64,000 bases of DNA from Callorhinchus milii (GCF_018977255.1 NW_024704742.1:105588001-105652000), one strand, 5' to 3'. Positions 49,327-61,899 are shown, counted from the first letter of the stretch. The notes: generated by a model from the letters alone, not told the origin. Numbers and translations are program-made.

Positions 49327-50514
49327 ACTGCGGTAGCAACTATCTAGATTTACCTAAAGCTTTCGTACCATGATATACAGGAGCTCTGAAGTGATCTAGG
49401 AGATGATATTTGCATTTGTTCACTGAGGAATTGGTAACAAGAGAGTATAAAATCAGGATTATCATGGGAAGAATTAAGGAGGAGGGAGGTTAGAATCTAT
49501 TTAATATAGAGCTTTATTAAAATGTGGAATGCTTTCCCACAAGCAGCTATTGAAGCGAAACCATACGAACATTTAACAAGGAATTGGATAAGTATGAGAA
49601 ACAAAACAAGAGTACAGGGAAATAATGGGGAATTGTGAGCAGAATATTTGTCTCCAGTGGAGAAGTTATCACTAGCAAAAGCTTGCTGGAGCAAATACAA
49701 CAACAACTTGCAGTTATATAGCATGCAGGGTATAGTTTGATGCATAGAATAGCCTCCTGTGCTATAATTTTTCTGATTCTATGGAGTATAATATGTAAGA
49801 ATTAATAAACAGTGAATCAGATTTACAGATAATTTTGAGTCACTCCTGCCGATAACAGGAAGTGCAGCACGCCTGACTGTGGTACCTCGAGTAACAGGAA
49901 GTACATAGATTTGCATAGATTGTACAGCTTGGAAACATGCCATTGGACCAAACTAGTCCATGCTAGTGTTCATGTTCCACAACAGTGTGCACCCAGATTA
50001 CAACGGGATCCCTGCAGACTGGCATGATTCACTTCCTGTCGCTTGAGACACGTTGCAATGTGAAGCACATATAGACTTTTATGAACACAAGAACAACATG
50101 TACAGTATTTGTAGAACGCTGTTCACTTAGGATAACATCTCAGAGCACTTCACATTGGATGCTGAAAAGGGGATCAGAAGTGATCATCGGGGATTTTCGA
50201 AGAGGTAGGTTTGAAAGACAGATAGAGAGGGAGAGAGAGTGATGCTTTGGGATAGAGATAGGGAGTTCCAGAGATTAGGGGCATAGAAACGGAAAGGTCA
50301 GGCACTAGTTAGCTGAGCTGGATCCAAAGTGATGTGATTGGCAACGGAATGCCAGGATGGAATCAGCTCACTGTGGTGGCCTCAGTAGTCTCATTCCCGA
50401 GCCAGGTGGATCGGCAGGACTCCAAGGCCTTATGGAAATTTCCATGTGCAAGTGGCAGTCATATGTGGAGCCCTCAGTCTGTGTTTTTTTAATTTTTCAC
50501 CCCCCCCCAACCCA

Positions 50515-50950
50515 CAATAGCTCTGTTGTTAAAGCTTGTGCCATGTACAATCCAAACCAGAAAAGCTAAATCCCCAGCCTGTGTTGAGTTAGATGGTATC
50601 AGCCCAGCTTTAACTGGGACTGTTACAGTTGTTTTCAGAGTCTTTGGACTAGAGAGGAAACAGCTGAGCAGGGCTCCTGTTTCTCATCTCTACCCAGTGA
50701 CCATGATTGGAAAAATATAATGAGAAATAATAATCCTTGAATTTAATATAGCGCCTTATCTCGCCATTGAGAAGTTTCAAAGCACTTCATAAAATATATT
50801 GCAAAGTGAACTGACTGTGTATTTTGTGGCTGAAATGAAAAAGTAGAGTGTACTTGAGTGAGGTCAGCATCAGGCTCGGCTGTGATACCCACTAGAGTCA
50901 AACAATCCACCAACACATTTGCCTGAACTTGAGTATGAAAAATGACCAAA
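50515..50950 (+). mobile_element. Ancient SINE-like element (family uncertain) interrupted by a SINE 3' fragment (50727-50830, -)
   Basis: gtgttgagttagatggtatcagc..cccagtgacc..caggctcggctgtgataccc; possible relatives at ~6290-6510 and ~28270-28450 (-). Confidence 0.45.
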
Positions 50951-51544
50951 GGATTCCTGTCAGTCCATAGGTCCTCCGCTCTGGAAGCAGATTGTGTCAG
51001 GCAGAGTTCCAGCGGGTCCAAGTAACATACTTCCGATTGTCAGAAAGGGACCTAATTAGCAAACCTCAGATTCTTTATTAAGAAATCAGGTTAAGAAATA
51101 TTGCAAATAAGACCCCCAATGAGTTACTGTCACAGTAAAAGTACGACTACGTGGTCAAGCAAGGGATTATTCTTTTTATTGGATGGGCTGAGAAAGAAAT
51201 GCCAGACTGCACATAGGGAGCCTTCCAGCCTGCAGATTTAGTAACCCGAGGGGGTTTCTGAGTTCCAAGCACTTCTCGCTTCTGCCCGCCCCAGTAACAT
51301 AGCAAGAAACTACTGTGTCAGTTTACCAGCACGTCAGCAGAAAGACTTAAATGTCAGCTTACAAACAGCAACCATGTCATGAGTACTGACATTCCTCATG
51401 CATGGTTTTAGCTTTAATTTCATCATTTTAAAATGTAAGATTGTGTAGGGTTTTACAAATTTCCTAAATTTATTTTCTTTTGGAAGCCAGTTATCCATAT
51501 GGTCTTTGCAAGAGTTTTTCAAAATTGTTGAGGTGAAAGCCCCA

Positions 51545-52150
51545 CATTGGAACTTTGAACTCACGCAGTCTAGGCTGGCGTTCCAGTGTAATGCTGGAGG
51601 ATCTTTGCATTGTTCGAGATTGTTCTGAGGTTCTGTCTCCCTGTTCAAGTGGACGTTAAAGATCCCAAGGCACTTTTCGATAAGAGAAGGGACTTTTTCC
51701 TGGTGTCCTGGCCAATAATCCCGCCCCAAAAAATGGTCATTCACTTCAACAACAACAACAACAAGATTCCATTTATAAAGCGCCTTTCACGTCAGGAGGA
51801 CGTCCCAAGGCGCTGCACAGTTGGGTCATGACCCGAGCAGGGGGGAAATGGTCAGGGTGAGGGGAGGGAAGGGAGGGAGCGAGGAGTGGGGAAATGGTCA
51901 GGGTGAGGGAGGGAAGGGAGGGAGCAAGGAGGGGGGAAATGGTCAGGGTGAGGGGAGGGAAGGGAGGGAGCGAGGAGGAGGAAGAGAGTCGAGAGGGGAG
52001 CTGAAGGCACTTCACTGCTGTTTGTGGAAATTGCAGTACACAAATTGATTGCCTCATTCGTATACAAAATGCAGGCACATGCACGGCACTTTTCAGTAAA
52101 TGCTGTGAAGCACTTTGGGATATCCTCCAGACATGAAAGGTAATGTAGAT
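51545..52150 (+). mobile_element. Deu-type SINE interrupted by an L2 3' end
   Basis: Core lies before 51748 and the 3' part resumes at 52008; TSD CACTTCA. Confidence 0.8.
51749..52007 (-). mobile_element. L2 3'UTR insertion with three tandem ~50-bp G-rich units
   Basis: Near-identical reverse complement of 45610-45770; flanked by CACTTCA at 51742-51748 and 52008-52014. Confidence 0.9.
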
Positions 52151-52832
52151 TTTTTTTAGTATTTGAATTTTTAGGTATGAACGTTTCAGGGTCCACAACA
52201 CAATTGCATTATTAATGAACCCAAGTTATATGAAGCATGCTATAAATGGGATTCCGCATGATGTGTGACATGATAGTTACTTGTACATATCTGTCTCTGA
52301 GTTACCTAATACCTATATCAAACCACAGAATTCAAAGTAGCTCAAAAGCCCCAAGCTACCAAAATGAGAGTTGGCCAATTAAAATGGAAATGTTAACTTA
52401 ACTACTTGGCTTTACAATGTTGAAATCCTCACCTTGACACTGAACATCTCACATGGTAACAATGTGCTGAAATAAGTCATTGTTTTGCCCTAAAGAGACT
52501 GACTCTGGCTTTAGAAAGTAGACAGCAGTGAAAATTTATTCAGGTATTCCACTGTGACTTCACAAGCAAATTTGATGTATAAGCTGCCCCACAACAGGAA
52601 TAATATTAAAATTTACCCCATCCTGAGCCAAAGATCATGGTGCAGGACATCATCAAGTTGAAAAATGAATACAAAATAATTCAAGAAATGACGCTGAGCT
52701 TGAGTTTTAATATCCTTTGGGTTGTGGGAGGAAAGGGGAGGATTTACAGGTCCAGGAAAATGATACAAGTTACAAGACAACATGATGAATCTTGATTTCA
52801 ACACTAGAAGCAAGAGCATAAAGGACACCATG

Positions 52833-53126
52833 ATAATAATAATTCTTGCATTTGATATTGCGCCTTATCACGTCTTGAAGATGTCTCAAAGCGCTTCACA
52901 GAATATACTGTAAGTGCTAAGTGAATTGACTGTATATTTTTGTGAGTGAAATGTGGCAGCCAATTGTGCACTGCAGTGTTCCACAAACAGTCGTTGATTG
53001 AAGTGGCCAAATTTCTTTTTTTTAATTTGAAGGGATTATTACCCCCGGAAAAGCGATCCACCAATTGACTAACAACTGGGTTCCTACTTACTCCTAAGTA
53101 AACAGAGGTGTGTGGAGTAAGGAAAC
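52833..53126 (-). mobile_element. SINE, insert-bearing subfamily, headless
   Basis: Reverse complement of the 45160-45430 type, continuing to gtgtggagtaaggaaac. Confidence 0.85.
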
Positions 53127-53336
53127 ATTTAACATATTTAACCATATTTAACAAGAGAGCAAAGTTCAATGATAATAGCGGAAATTAGAGAACATCAAAA
53201 AGGCTGCAGCAGAGAGGTTGGAGGTCACAAGTGACCACCAAGCTTTTTCTTGCACCCTATTGAAGAGTATTTTGAGAGAAGTATAGGAAAAACCTGCTGA
53301 GATATGAGAGTAGTGTTCAGGAGTGAACAGACTTAT

Positions 53337-53522
53337 GGATAGAAATTCCACCTAGGTCTAAATTTACTCTATTAATATAGAATTTCATTGTGTGCAGAAT
53401 TTGGCAAATTGTTGAATTCAGTTTTAACTTTTGAAGCTCATTTTCTGTAATTCCGAAAAGAATTTACAAAAAAACAGCTTCAAAATTAAAGACTATTTAA
53501 AAAACGTGAGGAATTTCTACCC
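53337..53522. mobile_element. Second copy of the palindromic MITE-like element, right arm partly deleted
   Basis: Starts ggatagaaattccacctaggtctaaatttactctattaa and ends ggaatttctaccc; interior matches 44711-44825. Confidence 0.75.
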
Positions 53523-54009
53523 ACAGCTTCACACAGAACGATAACAATTTACAGCATAGCAGGCCATTCAGTTCATTGTATCTGTGCTGACTCTGAACAA
53601 AGTATTAATTTCAACCTATTCTACTTTTTTCCATACTCTTTTATATTTCTCCTTTTCAGATATTTATCTAATCCCTCTTGAAAGTTACTTGGGTGCCTGG
53701 CTCAACCACAGTGCTAGGTAGGGCATTCCGTGTCCTACAGAGTTTATCAAAAGGTATGGGAGAGATCAAGACAGTGGTTAGGCCAATGCAGCATGAGAGG
53801 CAGGAAGATTTGTACACAAAACGTATGTAACCCGCAATACGTTGTTGGATACAGGTTGGGAATATCAATTAAATGGATTGTATTAGATTATGAATGGAGA
53901 TGGTCATTGAGAAGGAACAGAAGTAGTAAAGAATTAACTTAACTCACTAAGCTAAAACTCAATATTTACCTTCATATTTTAAGCCTCCTGTAAGCATTTC
54001 AAACTCAGA

Positions 54010-54357
54010 TTGTCTAGGTCGACACTCCAATGCAGTCCTGGAAGTGTGCTGCATTGTTGAGGCTATTGTCTTTTGAATACAACGTTAATCCGAGGTCCTG
54101 TCTGCCTGTCCAGGTGGCATTAAAGATCCTATGGCACTATTTGAAAAGAAAAGAGAGTATCTCCCAGTGTCCTAACCAACAATCCTCCCAAATACAAAGG
54201 GTCACTCACTTTAAAGCTGTTTGTCAGACATTGCTGTGCACAAATTTATTGCTGCATTAGCCTACACATACACAGTCACTGTAACGTGAAGCACTAGGAG
54301 ATGTCTCGGCAAAGTGATAAGGCACTATATCAAATGCAAGGATTATTATTATATTAT
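54010..54357 (+). mobile_element. Deu-type SINE, headless
   Basis: tctaggtcgacactccaatgcag..aacgttaatccgaggtcctgtctgcc..aaagatcctatggcactattt; (ATT)n tail. Confidence 0.82.
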
Positions 54358-55859
54358 ATTTTTAACTGTGAATTCCTCGTCAGTCTGGAAGCATAAAACT
54401 GAATAGAGATGAGATGAAATAAGCATTATAAAGGAAGATAATCTTTGAAAACCATTCCTACAGAAGTATACATGTGACAGAGCTGTTGCATCTTAAATTA
54501 AATTCAGGCCCAAATACTAGGAGACAAATTAATGTTTTCTCCCAGTGTAAAAGTACTGGCAATTTTTTTTAATTGCATTTTAAATGTCTTTTGATGAATC
54601 AAGGTTTTTAGTGAATAAAATACTTTCTATTTTTCGATTTTCATTGTAATCAAACACTCCCAAGGTCAAGTGTAAAGCTCCCATGGCAATGTGTAACAAT
54701 GGGTTGAAAAAGCAGTGATTCACACCAGGATTCTCTATTGCGGGGGTTACTATACTTTCTGGGCTCAACGCCCCTAATGATATTAGGTATCCTGACTGAG
54801 GACCCCATTTGGGCTGGGCAGACTCCATTTTGGGGCAGCGAGGCATGATCCCTGGAAGGCACGAGCACTCTTGGCTCCGGCACAGATTGGCTGGCGCTGA
54901 TCTGTAGGCACTCACTGCAACTGTACTGCAAGTTATCATGAGCCTTTGGGCTGAGAGGTAGTCGTAAGGTAGATCAACAAGTTCCGCCGACCCCAGTTTG
55001 GGAACCAATGTAGAATCCAAGAAGTGTTGAGACTTGCCTCAAATTAATGAGATGGATGCTTATGCACGCTGTAGTTTTGTCTGATCTGATCTGTGGATTG
55101 TGATATGTATGTACTGGTCGAGCAATATAACTCAGTTGGTATACTTTGTCTGAGTTTTTAAAAATATGTTCCAAGTGAACCAATCCAAACTTCCATACCG
55201 CCTCTTAGATCTTAACATCAGTATCTAATCGCACTTGAATCTGAAATCTTGTCGTTTAGTTTTTAATCAATTGTTAATTTCCATTTACATATCAAGTGTG
55301 TAAGTTCTTGTTTTCTATAATTTCAAGCATTAGAACTACACAATAATTTGTATTTTCTACTTTTACTATGGTAAGTTCTTGAATGTTTCTACTGTGCTTT
55401 TTGTCCCCTTTTCTTTGTCTCTTGCCTTTACTCTGAATACCATCATCCTAGGCTGGGCTGCCTACTTGTAAGCTTGTTGTACTACCTACTAACTAACAGC
55501 GTGTTCTTTTCCCAAACTTGTCTACTTGTCACATAGCTCCTGTCTTTAGTGTTAAACTAACTCGTCATTGATGGCGCTGAATTTTGCCCACAAAATACAC
55601 AGTCACTATGTTTTGCAGTATATCCCGTGAAGTGCTTGTGAGATGTCTCGAAGATGTGATAAGGCGCTATATCAAATGCAAGGATTATTATTATTACTGA
55701 GGAGTGATTTTTGGGAACGCACCTTTCTCCTCTGGCTGCATGGACCTCTATAGTCCCACTGGGTTTTCCTAGCCTTTGCACTTCCTGCCACCTCCAGTGT
55801 CTCCTGGCCCTGGAGCCCCCAAATCATCGCATCCCAAACAGGGGTACCACCCGCCCCCG

Positions 55860-56637
55860 TTCTAACCTCCTCACCCCCAACATACACCAGTCCTCACCAA
55901 GCACTATTGGCTCTGTATCACAGAACGGATCAACTTCAAGAACCTCACACTTGTCTACAAATCCCTTCATGTCCTGGCACCATCAAATGCAAGGATTATT
56001 TTTCTACCTCTCTGACTTGCTTATTCCCCACACTCCACTGGGCTAGCTCTGGTCTCCTGCATGTCGTGGAGTCCTGTAGCTCAGTGGTTACAGCACTCAC
56101 CTCGCAAGCGAGAGACCTGGGTTTGATTCCTGGCAGGGCGAAACCTTGGGCAAATTTCCTTACTCCACCCCTGATAATAATCCCTCAAGAAAAAAAACAA
56201 TAATAAATTGGTCACTTCAATCCATGACTGTTTGTGGGACACTGTGTGCGCAATTAGCTGTCGCATTTCATCCACAAATACACAGTCAATTCACTTTACA
56301 GTATATTCTGTGAAGCGCTTTGGGATGTCTAGAAGACGTAAAAAGCGCTATATCAAATGGAAGGATTATTACTTTTTATGTCCCTCGTCCCCTCTGTTCC
56401 ACTATTAGTGGCTATGCTTTCAGCGACTGTGTCTCAAAACTCTGGAACTCTCTCCCTCAACCCCTCAGCGTCCTCCTCCCCCATTTTCAAATCACGCCTT
56501 AAGACCTTCCTCTTCGACCGTGCCTCACGGTCACCTCACCTCTCCCCCCGGTTCTGCATCAGGCTCCGCCACTGTTAAATATTCCAAAATACTAACCCGC
56601 ATGAAGGGCATTCTATATAAACGCAAGTTGCTGTTGC
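55860..56637 (+). mobile_element. L2 3' fragment carrying nested SINE insertions
   Basis: cagaacggatcaacttcaagaacctcaca..ctctggaactctctccctc..aagaccttcctcttcgac..tataaacgcaagttgctgttg. Confidence 0.8.
56066..56377 (+). mobile_element. Young tRNA-derived SINE, full length, inserted in L2
   Basis: Head to tail intact; ATGTC duplicated on both sides. Confidence 0.92.
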
Positions 56638-56844
56638 CTATGGACCCCAGTTTGGGAACCAATGCTCAGAATTTATAGAGAAGAATTGAGCTGGTAACCA
56701 GCAGCTCATGAAACCCCACTATGAAACACAGGGTTCTTACAAGTCCAAATATGATATTGTGAGCCATCATGTTTTCAAACCCAAAATGCTTTTCCTATAA
56801 TAGTTCATAAATTAAATTGCTTGTCTCCAGGAATGGTTGTTACG

Positions 56845-56913
56845 TGTGTGTTTGTGTGTGTGTTTGTGTGTGTGTCTGTGTATATGTATGTCTGTGTGTG
56901 TATGTATGTATAT
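56845..56913. repeat. (TG)n/(TATG)n microsatellite
   Basis: Direct inspection. Confidence 0.9.
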
Positions 56914-57833
56914 GGTGGTGGGGAGGACAGGGGCTGCTAGCATGGTTATTCATCTGCACCTCATCCTTCATGGCTTGAATGTGTAAAATCATGTGGGAAT
57001 GCACCCGGTCTCACCTGTGATATATCCCCATCAGTCTTCAAGTTTAACTTTTTATCAACTGTGTTTTAAACAGTTATTTCAAAACCTTTTTCAACATAAA
57101 TACACAGTCAATCCACTTTACAGTATATCCTATAAGGCACTTTAAGATGTCTCAACGATGTGATAAAGCACTATATCAAGTGCAAGGATTATTATTACTG
57201 TTATAAATTGTGCGAACTAGAAGAAAGAAAAAGAAAGGTGAGTGCAAGTGTATAAAAACGACAAAAAGGGAAAACCTTCACTGAAATAAAGTTAAAATAT
57301 AAACTGAGATGGTGAGCAGAGATATCTGTAGGCTGATAGTTCAAGCTGAGTGTACAACTGTGGGACAGAGCATGGGGGAAGGAAAGATTACATAAAGTTT
57401 AAACGAAAAAGGGAAATTGAGTTTGGATCTTTTGTTGCTGCCACATTGCCTGAGGGTGAAGCAGTGGTATCTTTACCACAATGGACATCATTCAAATCGA
57501 AAGAAGAGAAGTTTCCAATGAGTTTAAATATAGATCGCTGGCAGTAGGCTGTTGTTAACACCATTAAAACTTACTCAACAATTGTTTCTTGAGCGATGCT
57601 GATGTAGGTGAGAAAACAAAGCCAGGATTGAACTCGATCTTCGCTAAAAGCTTAGATCTCACTCTTAATACAAAATGGCAAGCCTAGTGCAGGGTACAGT
57701 AGCAATGATGCAACAAGAGGTCTATTCATTTCTCAGCACTGGTGCTGTTCACACAGCCTTTGTGGAGAATCAATGCAGTTAATAATACCAACACCGTGGT
57801 GTAAGATATTTCTGAATGTTCCTGGCTGAGTGG

Positions 57834-57900
57834 CTGAGTGTTTCCAGTGACTTCTGTTTTTGTTTCAGATTTCCAGCATCTGCAGTATTTTGCGTTTTGT
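57834..57900 (+). mobile_element. Penelope-like terminal fragment
   Basis: ctgagtgtttccagtgacttctgtttttgtttcagatttccagcatctgcagtattttg matches 36241-36305. Confidence 0.6.
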
Positions 57901-57940
57901 TCATAAGATATTTAATGTTCAGCTTTCAGTAGAAGTATTA

Positions 57941-58349
57941 TAATAATAATAATCCTTGCATTTGACATAGCATCGTTCATGTCGGGAGAATGTCTTAAAG
58001 AACTTCACAGGATATATATACTATATGGTGTTGCGACTGTGCATTTGTGGCAGCCAATTTGACCACAGCAATGAACCACAAACAACCATGAAGTGAATGA
58101 CCAGTTTTATTTGGGGAATTTTTGGCCAGGACAACAGAAAAAACTCCCTTCTCTTTTTGAATAATGCCATGGATCCTTAAGATCAGGTTAACATCTCACC
58201 TGAAGGATGGCACCTCCAGCAATGCAGGACACCCCTGCACTGGTTTAAAATGTCAGCATTAGACAATATGAGTTCAAAGCCCGAACATGGGGTTTGAACC
58301 CACAATCTCCTGATTCTGAGGAAAGAGTGCTACCAACTGAGTAAGGCTG
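57941..58349 (-). mobile_element. Deu-type SINE, full length
   Basis: Homologous to 48901-49326. Confidence 0.82.
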
Positions 58350-59109
58350 AAAGAGTTAATGTTGAAAATAAAAAAGGTGCCGAGCTGCTGGGCAGAGTGT
58401 CGATGAGGAAAATAGGTTCAGCAATGTTCAGTTCTCAGTGTGAAAAATAGAACATTTCATAACCGATTCAATGTGATAGTCCTCACGTGGAAACGTCGCA
58501 CTATTCAACACCTTGAATGGAGTGTGTTCAAGTACCTGGTGTGAGGTTGAGGGTCACGTTTGTTCAGATCGAACTTGTAATACAAAATCAAGTCTGACAT
58601 TTGGACATTCAGGGATTTAAGTGCAATAAAGCAAACTGAAACAGGAAGGATGAAACCTCTAGTTGTTGTACTCGAACATTTAAATGGAATCCCGCAGATT
58701 GCCATTTGCCAGCCCTTGTGCTGTGGTGCAGGCTCCAGATATGACGATGTGAATTTGCTTGCATCCTTATGGTGCTTTTTGAACTCAGTAAATGGCACCG
58801 TCCCAACAATGTTCCTCAAACGTGACCTTGAAGAGCACCACCTGCTGCACCACTTCCACACGTCCCCTCCACCTTTTTATTGTTGGCCTTTGAGATAGGA
58901 GACTGTCAAATTAATGCCAGTTCATGCCAGATTAAGGAGACCGTTTGTGTTGTTCACTCACATTCATTGACAACTTCAATATGTTTGCAAAATCTATTTC
59001 CCTTGTGACTTAACAATTGTTGAGAAGAGACTGTGTTCCAGGCAGCAATTGAATTCTAGTCTCAGTGCAATTTTAATATGTGAGCCACACAAGCTCTGGA
59101 GAATCCAGT

Positions 59110-60170
59110 CAACAACTTGCACTTGTATAGTGTCCTCCATGCAGGGTAGCGTCTCAGGAGTGTTTAACAATGGCAAAGCCTGACTCCGAGCCAGGGTGGG
59201 GAGATGACCATAAGCATGGTCGAAAAGGAAGGTTTTCAGGTGAGTCTTCAAAAAGGGGAGAGAGGGGGCAAGGTGGAGAGATTGAGGGAGAGTGTTCCAC
59301 AGTTTGGGGTCATAGTGGCTAAAAGCACGTCCTCCAATGGTGGAGCGGAGGGTGAGAGGAACGAGCAGGAGGCCAGTGCCAGTCGAGCGGAGGTGCTTGG
59401 TAATGGATTGGGGAGTGAGGAGGTCGGAGAGGTAGGGAGGTGCCAGAGAATGAATGGATTTGAACAAGAAAGTGAGGATCTTGAAGTCGATCCGTTCAGT
59501 GATGGGGAGCCAGTAGAGCCTGGCCAGAACCGGTGAGATGTGAGTACGGAGTTTGGTCCCGGTCAGTATGGGGGCAGCAGAGTTCTGAATGAGCTGGATT
59601 TTTTGAATAGTGGAGTTGGGGATACAAGCGAGGAGTGCATTTGAGTAATCTGGGAGGTGACAAGGGCATACATGAGGGTTTCGGCTGCATTTGGGGTAAG
59701 GTACAGTCGGAGGTGGACAATGTGGCGGAGGTGGAAGAAGGCGGTCCAGGTCAGGGACCGGATTTGGGAGAGGGAGCACAGATAGGAGCCGAACTGGACG
59801 CCTAGATTGCGCACTGGTTCAGTGAGTCCAGGAAGTTTGAGGAGTTCAAGAGTGAAGACGTTGACGGGAGACAAGGAGTATGGCTTCCGTCTTGTCCACA
59901 TTCAGCTGCAGGAAGTTTGCACTCATCCAGGCCCTGATGTCTGCCAGACAAACTGATCGAACATCAGCAGACCTGGAGTTGGTACTGGAGGAGGCAAAGT
60001 AGATTTTTGTATCATCCACATACTTGTGGAAATTTACTCCGTGTCTGCGGATGACATCGCCCAGAGGGAGCATATAGATAAGGAAAAGAAGAGGGCCAAG
60101 GATGGAGCCCTGGGTATCCCGCAGGTGACTGGGCGGGGGTGGGAAGAGAATCCATTTGCTGAGATGAAGT
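59110..60170 (-). mobile_element. L2 LINE, 5'-truncated, RT core to tail
   Basis: [36 protein letters not shown]..; C-terminal HISPVLARLYWLPITERIDFKIL. Confidence 0.93.
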
Positions 60171-60595
60171 CCAGAGAGGTTGCAGAGAGATTTTTGTAAT
60201 GTCAGTTAACCTTAGTTTGTGTTTGTTACATTTTTCCATTTTGCAAGGTGTTGGGTCTAATGTGGCAATTTGAGGTTAATCAGAATGCATAGAAACATGA
60301 GAGAACAGAAGGAGGCTAGACAGCGCATCAAGCCCAGTGCAGTCTACATGTTCATGTTCAGCGTTCATGTTTTAGGGTAAAGTATATGTGTGCAAGTGGG
60401 ATTCTTTCATTCATTCTCTCCATCTCCTTGTCTCAGAAGCCTCACTTAATAATAATAATAGTAATAATAATAATAAAGCCTCACTTATCCAGGCTGCAGG
60501 GCTGGGTATGATGCCCGAAACATTCAATACCTTCATAATTGAGGAGAAGATGCAATGTTGTTAAGAAGATCTTCATTTCACTGGTTGCCCTAATA

Positions 60596-60678
60596 GACTT
60601 GAAACGGTAACTCACTTTCCTCTCTCCATACCAGCTGCCTGACCTGCTGAGTGTTCCCAGTGACTTCTGTTTTTATTT
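60596..60678 (+). mobile_element. Penelope-like terminal fragment
   Basis: gacttgaaacggtaactcactttcctctctcc..ctgcctgacctgctgagtgttcccag matches 36189-36265. Confidence 0.6.
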
Positions 60679-61399
60679 ATTATAGCCCTAATAGACTGTC
60701 TGATGGGCTCTCCAGTATTTTCTTGTATTTAACGGATATTGCAACCACATCTCATCAGTCAAAAAGGAATTTAACTCTTGACCTTATATGGCAGTAAACT
60801 TGGCCTGTAAAAGTCTGTATAAACAGCCTTAAAATTATACCTACGTCTCTTCCATTTAACATCAATACATGTTCCCAGCACATTGAAGATCATCTTATAA
60901 GGACTAATAAGTGTAAATTGCCTGGGGGAAAGGGTAAGAGAAGATACCTTCTTTTCCTACCCGTAGGTCCTTTTAGTCAGATGCATTATTCCGTGTCCAT
61001 TGATGCGTGTGTGTGTGTGAGGAGGGGGGTGGGGGAGAGAGGATGCATGTTTATACAAGGATTTGGGTTTCTGCCCTTCTCATCACTACTAGAGTAATGC
61101 AATGCTAAGGTTAAGAGAAGGGAATTTTTTTCTTTTTGTAGTTTGGAATCTCATGGGATGAAAATCTCCAGTGATTTATGTGATTGACACTCATCGTGCT
61201 CTTCAGAATAGCTTCAAAGCTGCTATGATATCCCAAAAGCACAGAATATTCATATTACTTACAGCTGCAGGTTGGTCTGCTGGAAGTCAGTGTCCTGTTC
61301 CTCTGACTTTGAACCTAAGTTTATTTTTAAAAAACAACACTACACCCTGGTGTGCAGACAAGCCTTGCTTTGCTGGTCAGGGATATATTTTTCTTATGA

Positions 61400-61505
61400 T
61401 AATAATAATCCTTACATTTGATATAGCGCCTTATCGCATCATCGAAACGGGTCAAAGCGCTTCACAGAATATACTGTAAAGTGAATTGACTATGTATTTT
61501 GTGGG
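61400..61505 (-). mobile_element. SINE 3' fragment
   Basis: (TAA)n-ccttacatttgatatagcgcc..gcgcttcacagaatatactg. Confidence 0.8.
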
Positions 61506-61616
61506 CTCTTTCAAGATGTGTAAAGAAAGCAGCTTATCGTTCAACTTAAAGGGGAATATGTTTGAACTGGTATTTGCAACAGAAAATATTTGACTGTACA
61601 TGTAACTTAATGAGCA

Positions 61617-61899
61617 AACGTTAAACCGAAGTCACGCCTGCTTGTTCAGGTGGACTTTAAAGATTCCACGACACTATTTGAAAAGAGAAGGGAGTTTTTC
61701 CTGATGTCCTGGCTAACAATTCCACAGAAAAAAATAGTCATTTACTTTACCCCTGTTTGTGGACCTTTGCTGTGCAAATTGGCTGCCACATTCACCTACA
61801 AAATACATAGTCATCACACTTTACAGTAAATCCTATGAAATGTTTTGAGATTCCTCCCCATGTGAAAGGCACTACATCAAATGCAATGATTATTATTAT
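61617..61899 (+). mobile_element. Deu-type SINE, 5'-truncated
   Basis: aacgttaaaccgaagtc..ttcaggtggactttaaagattcc..; tail present. Confidence 0.8.

Noticed and set aside
60503..60521. GGGTATGATGCCCGAAAC hairpin plus GAAAC as an intact hammerhead
   Set aside because: No CUGANGA core upstream; at most another decayed relic.
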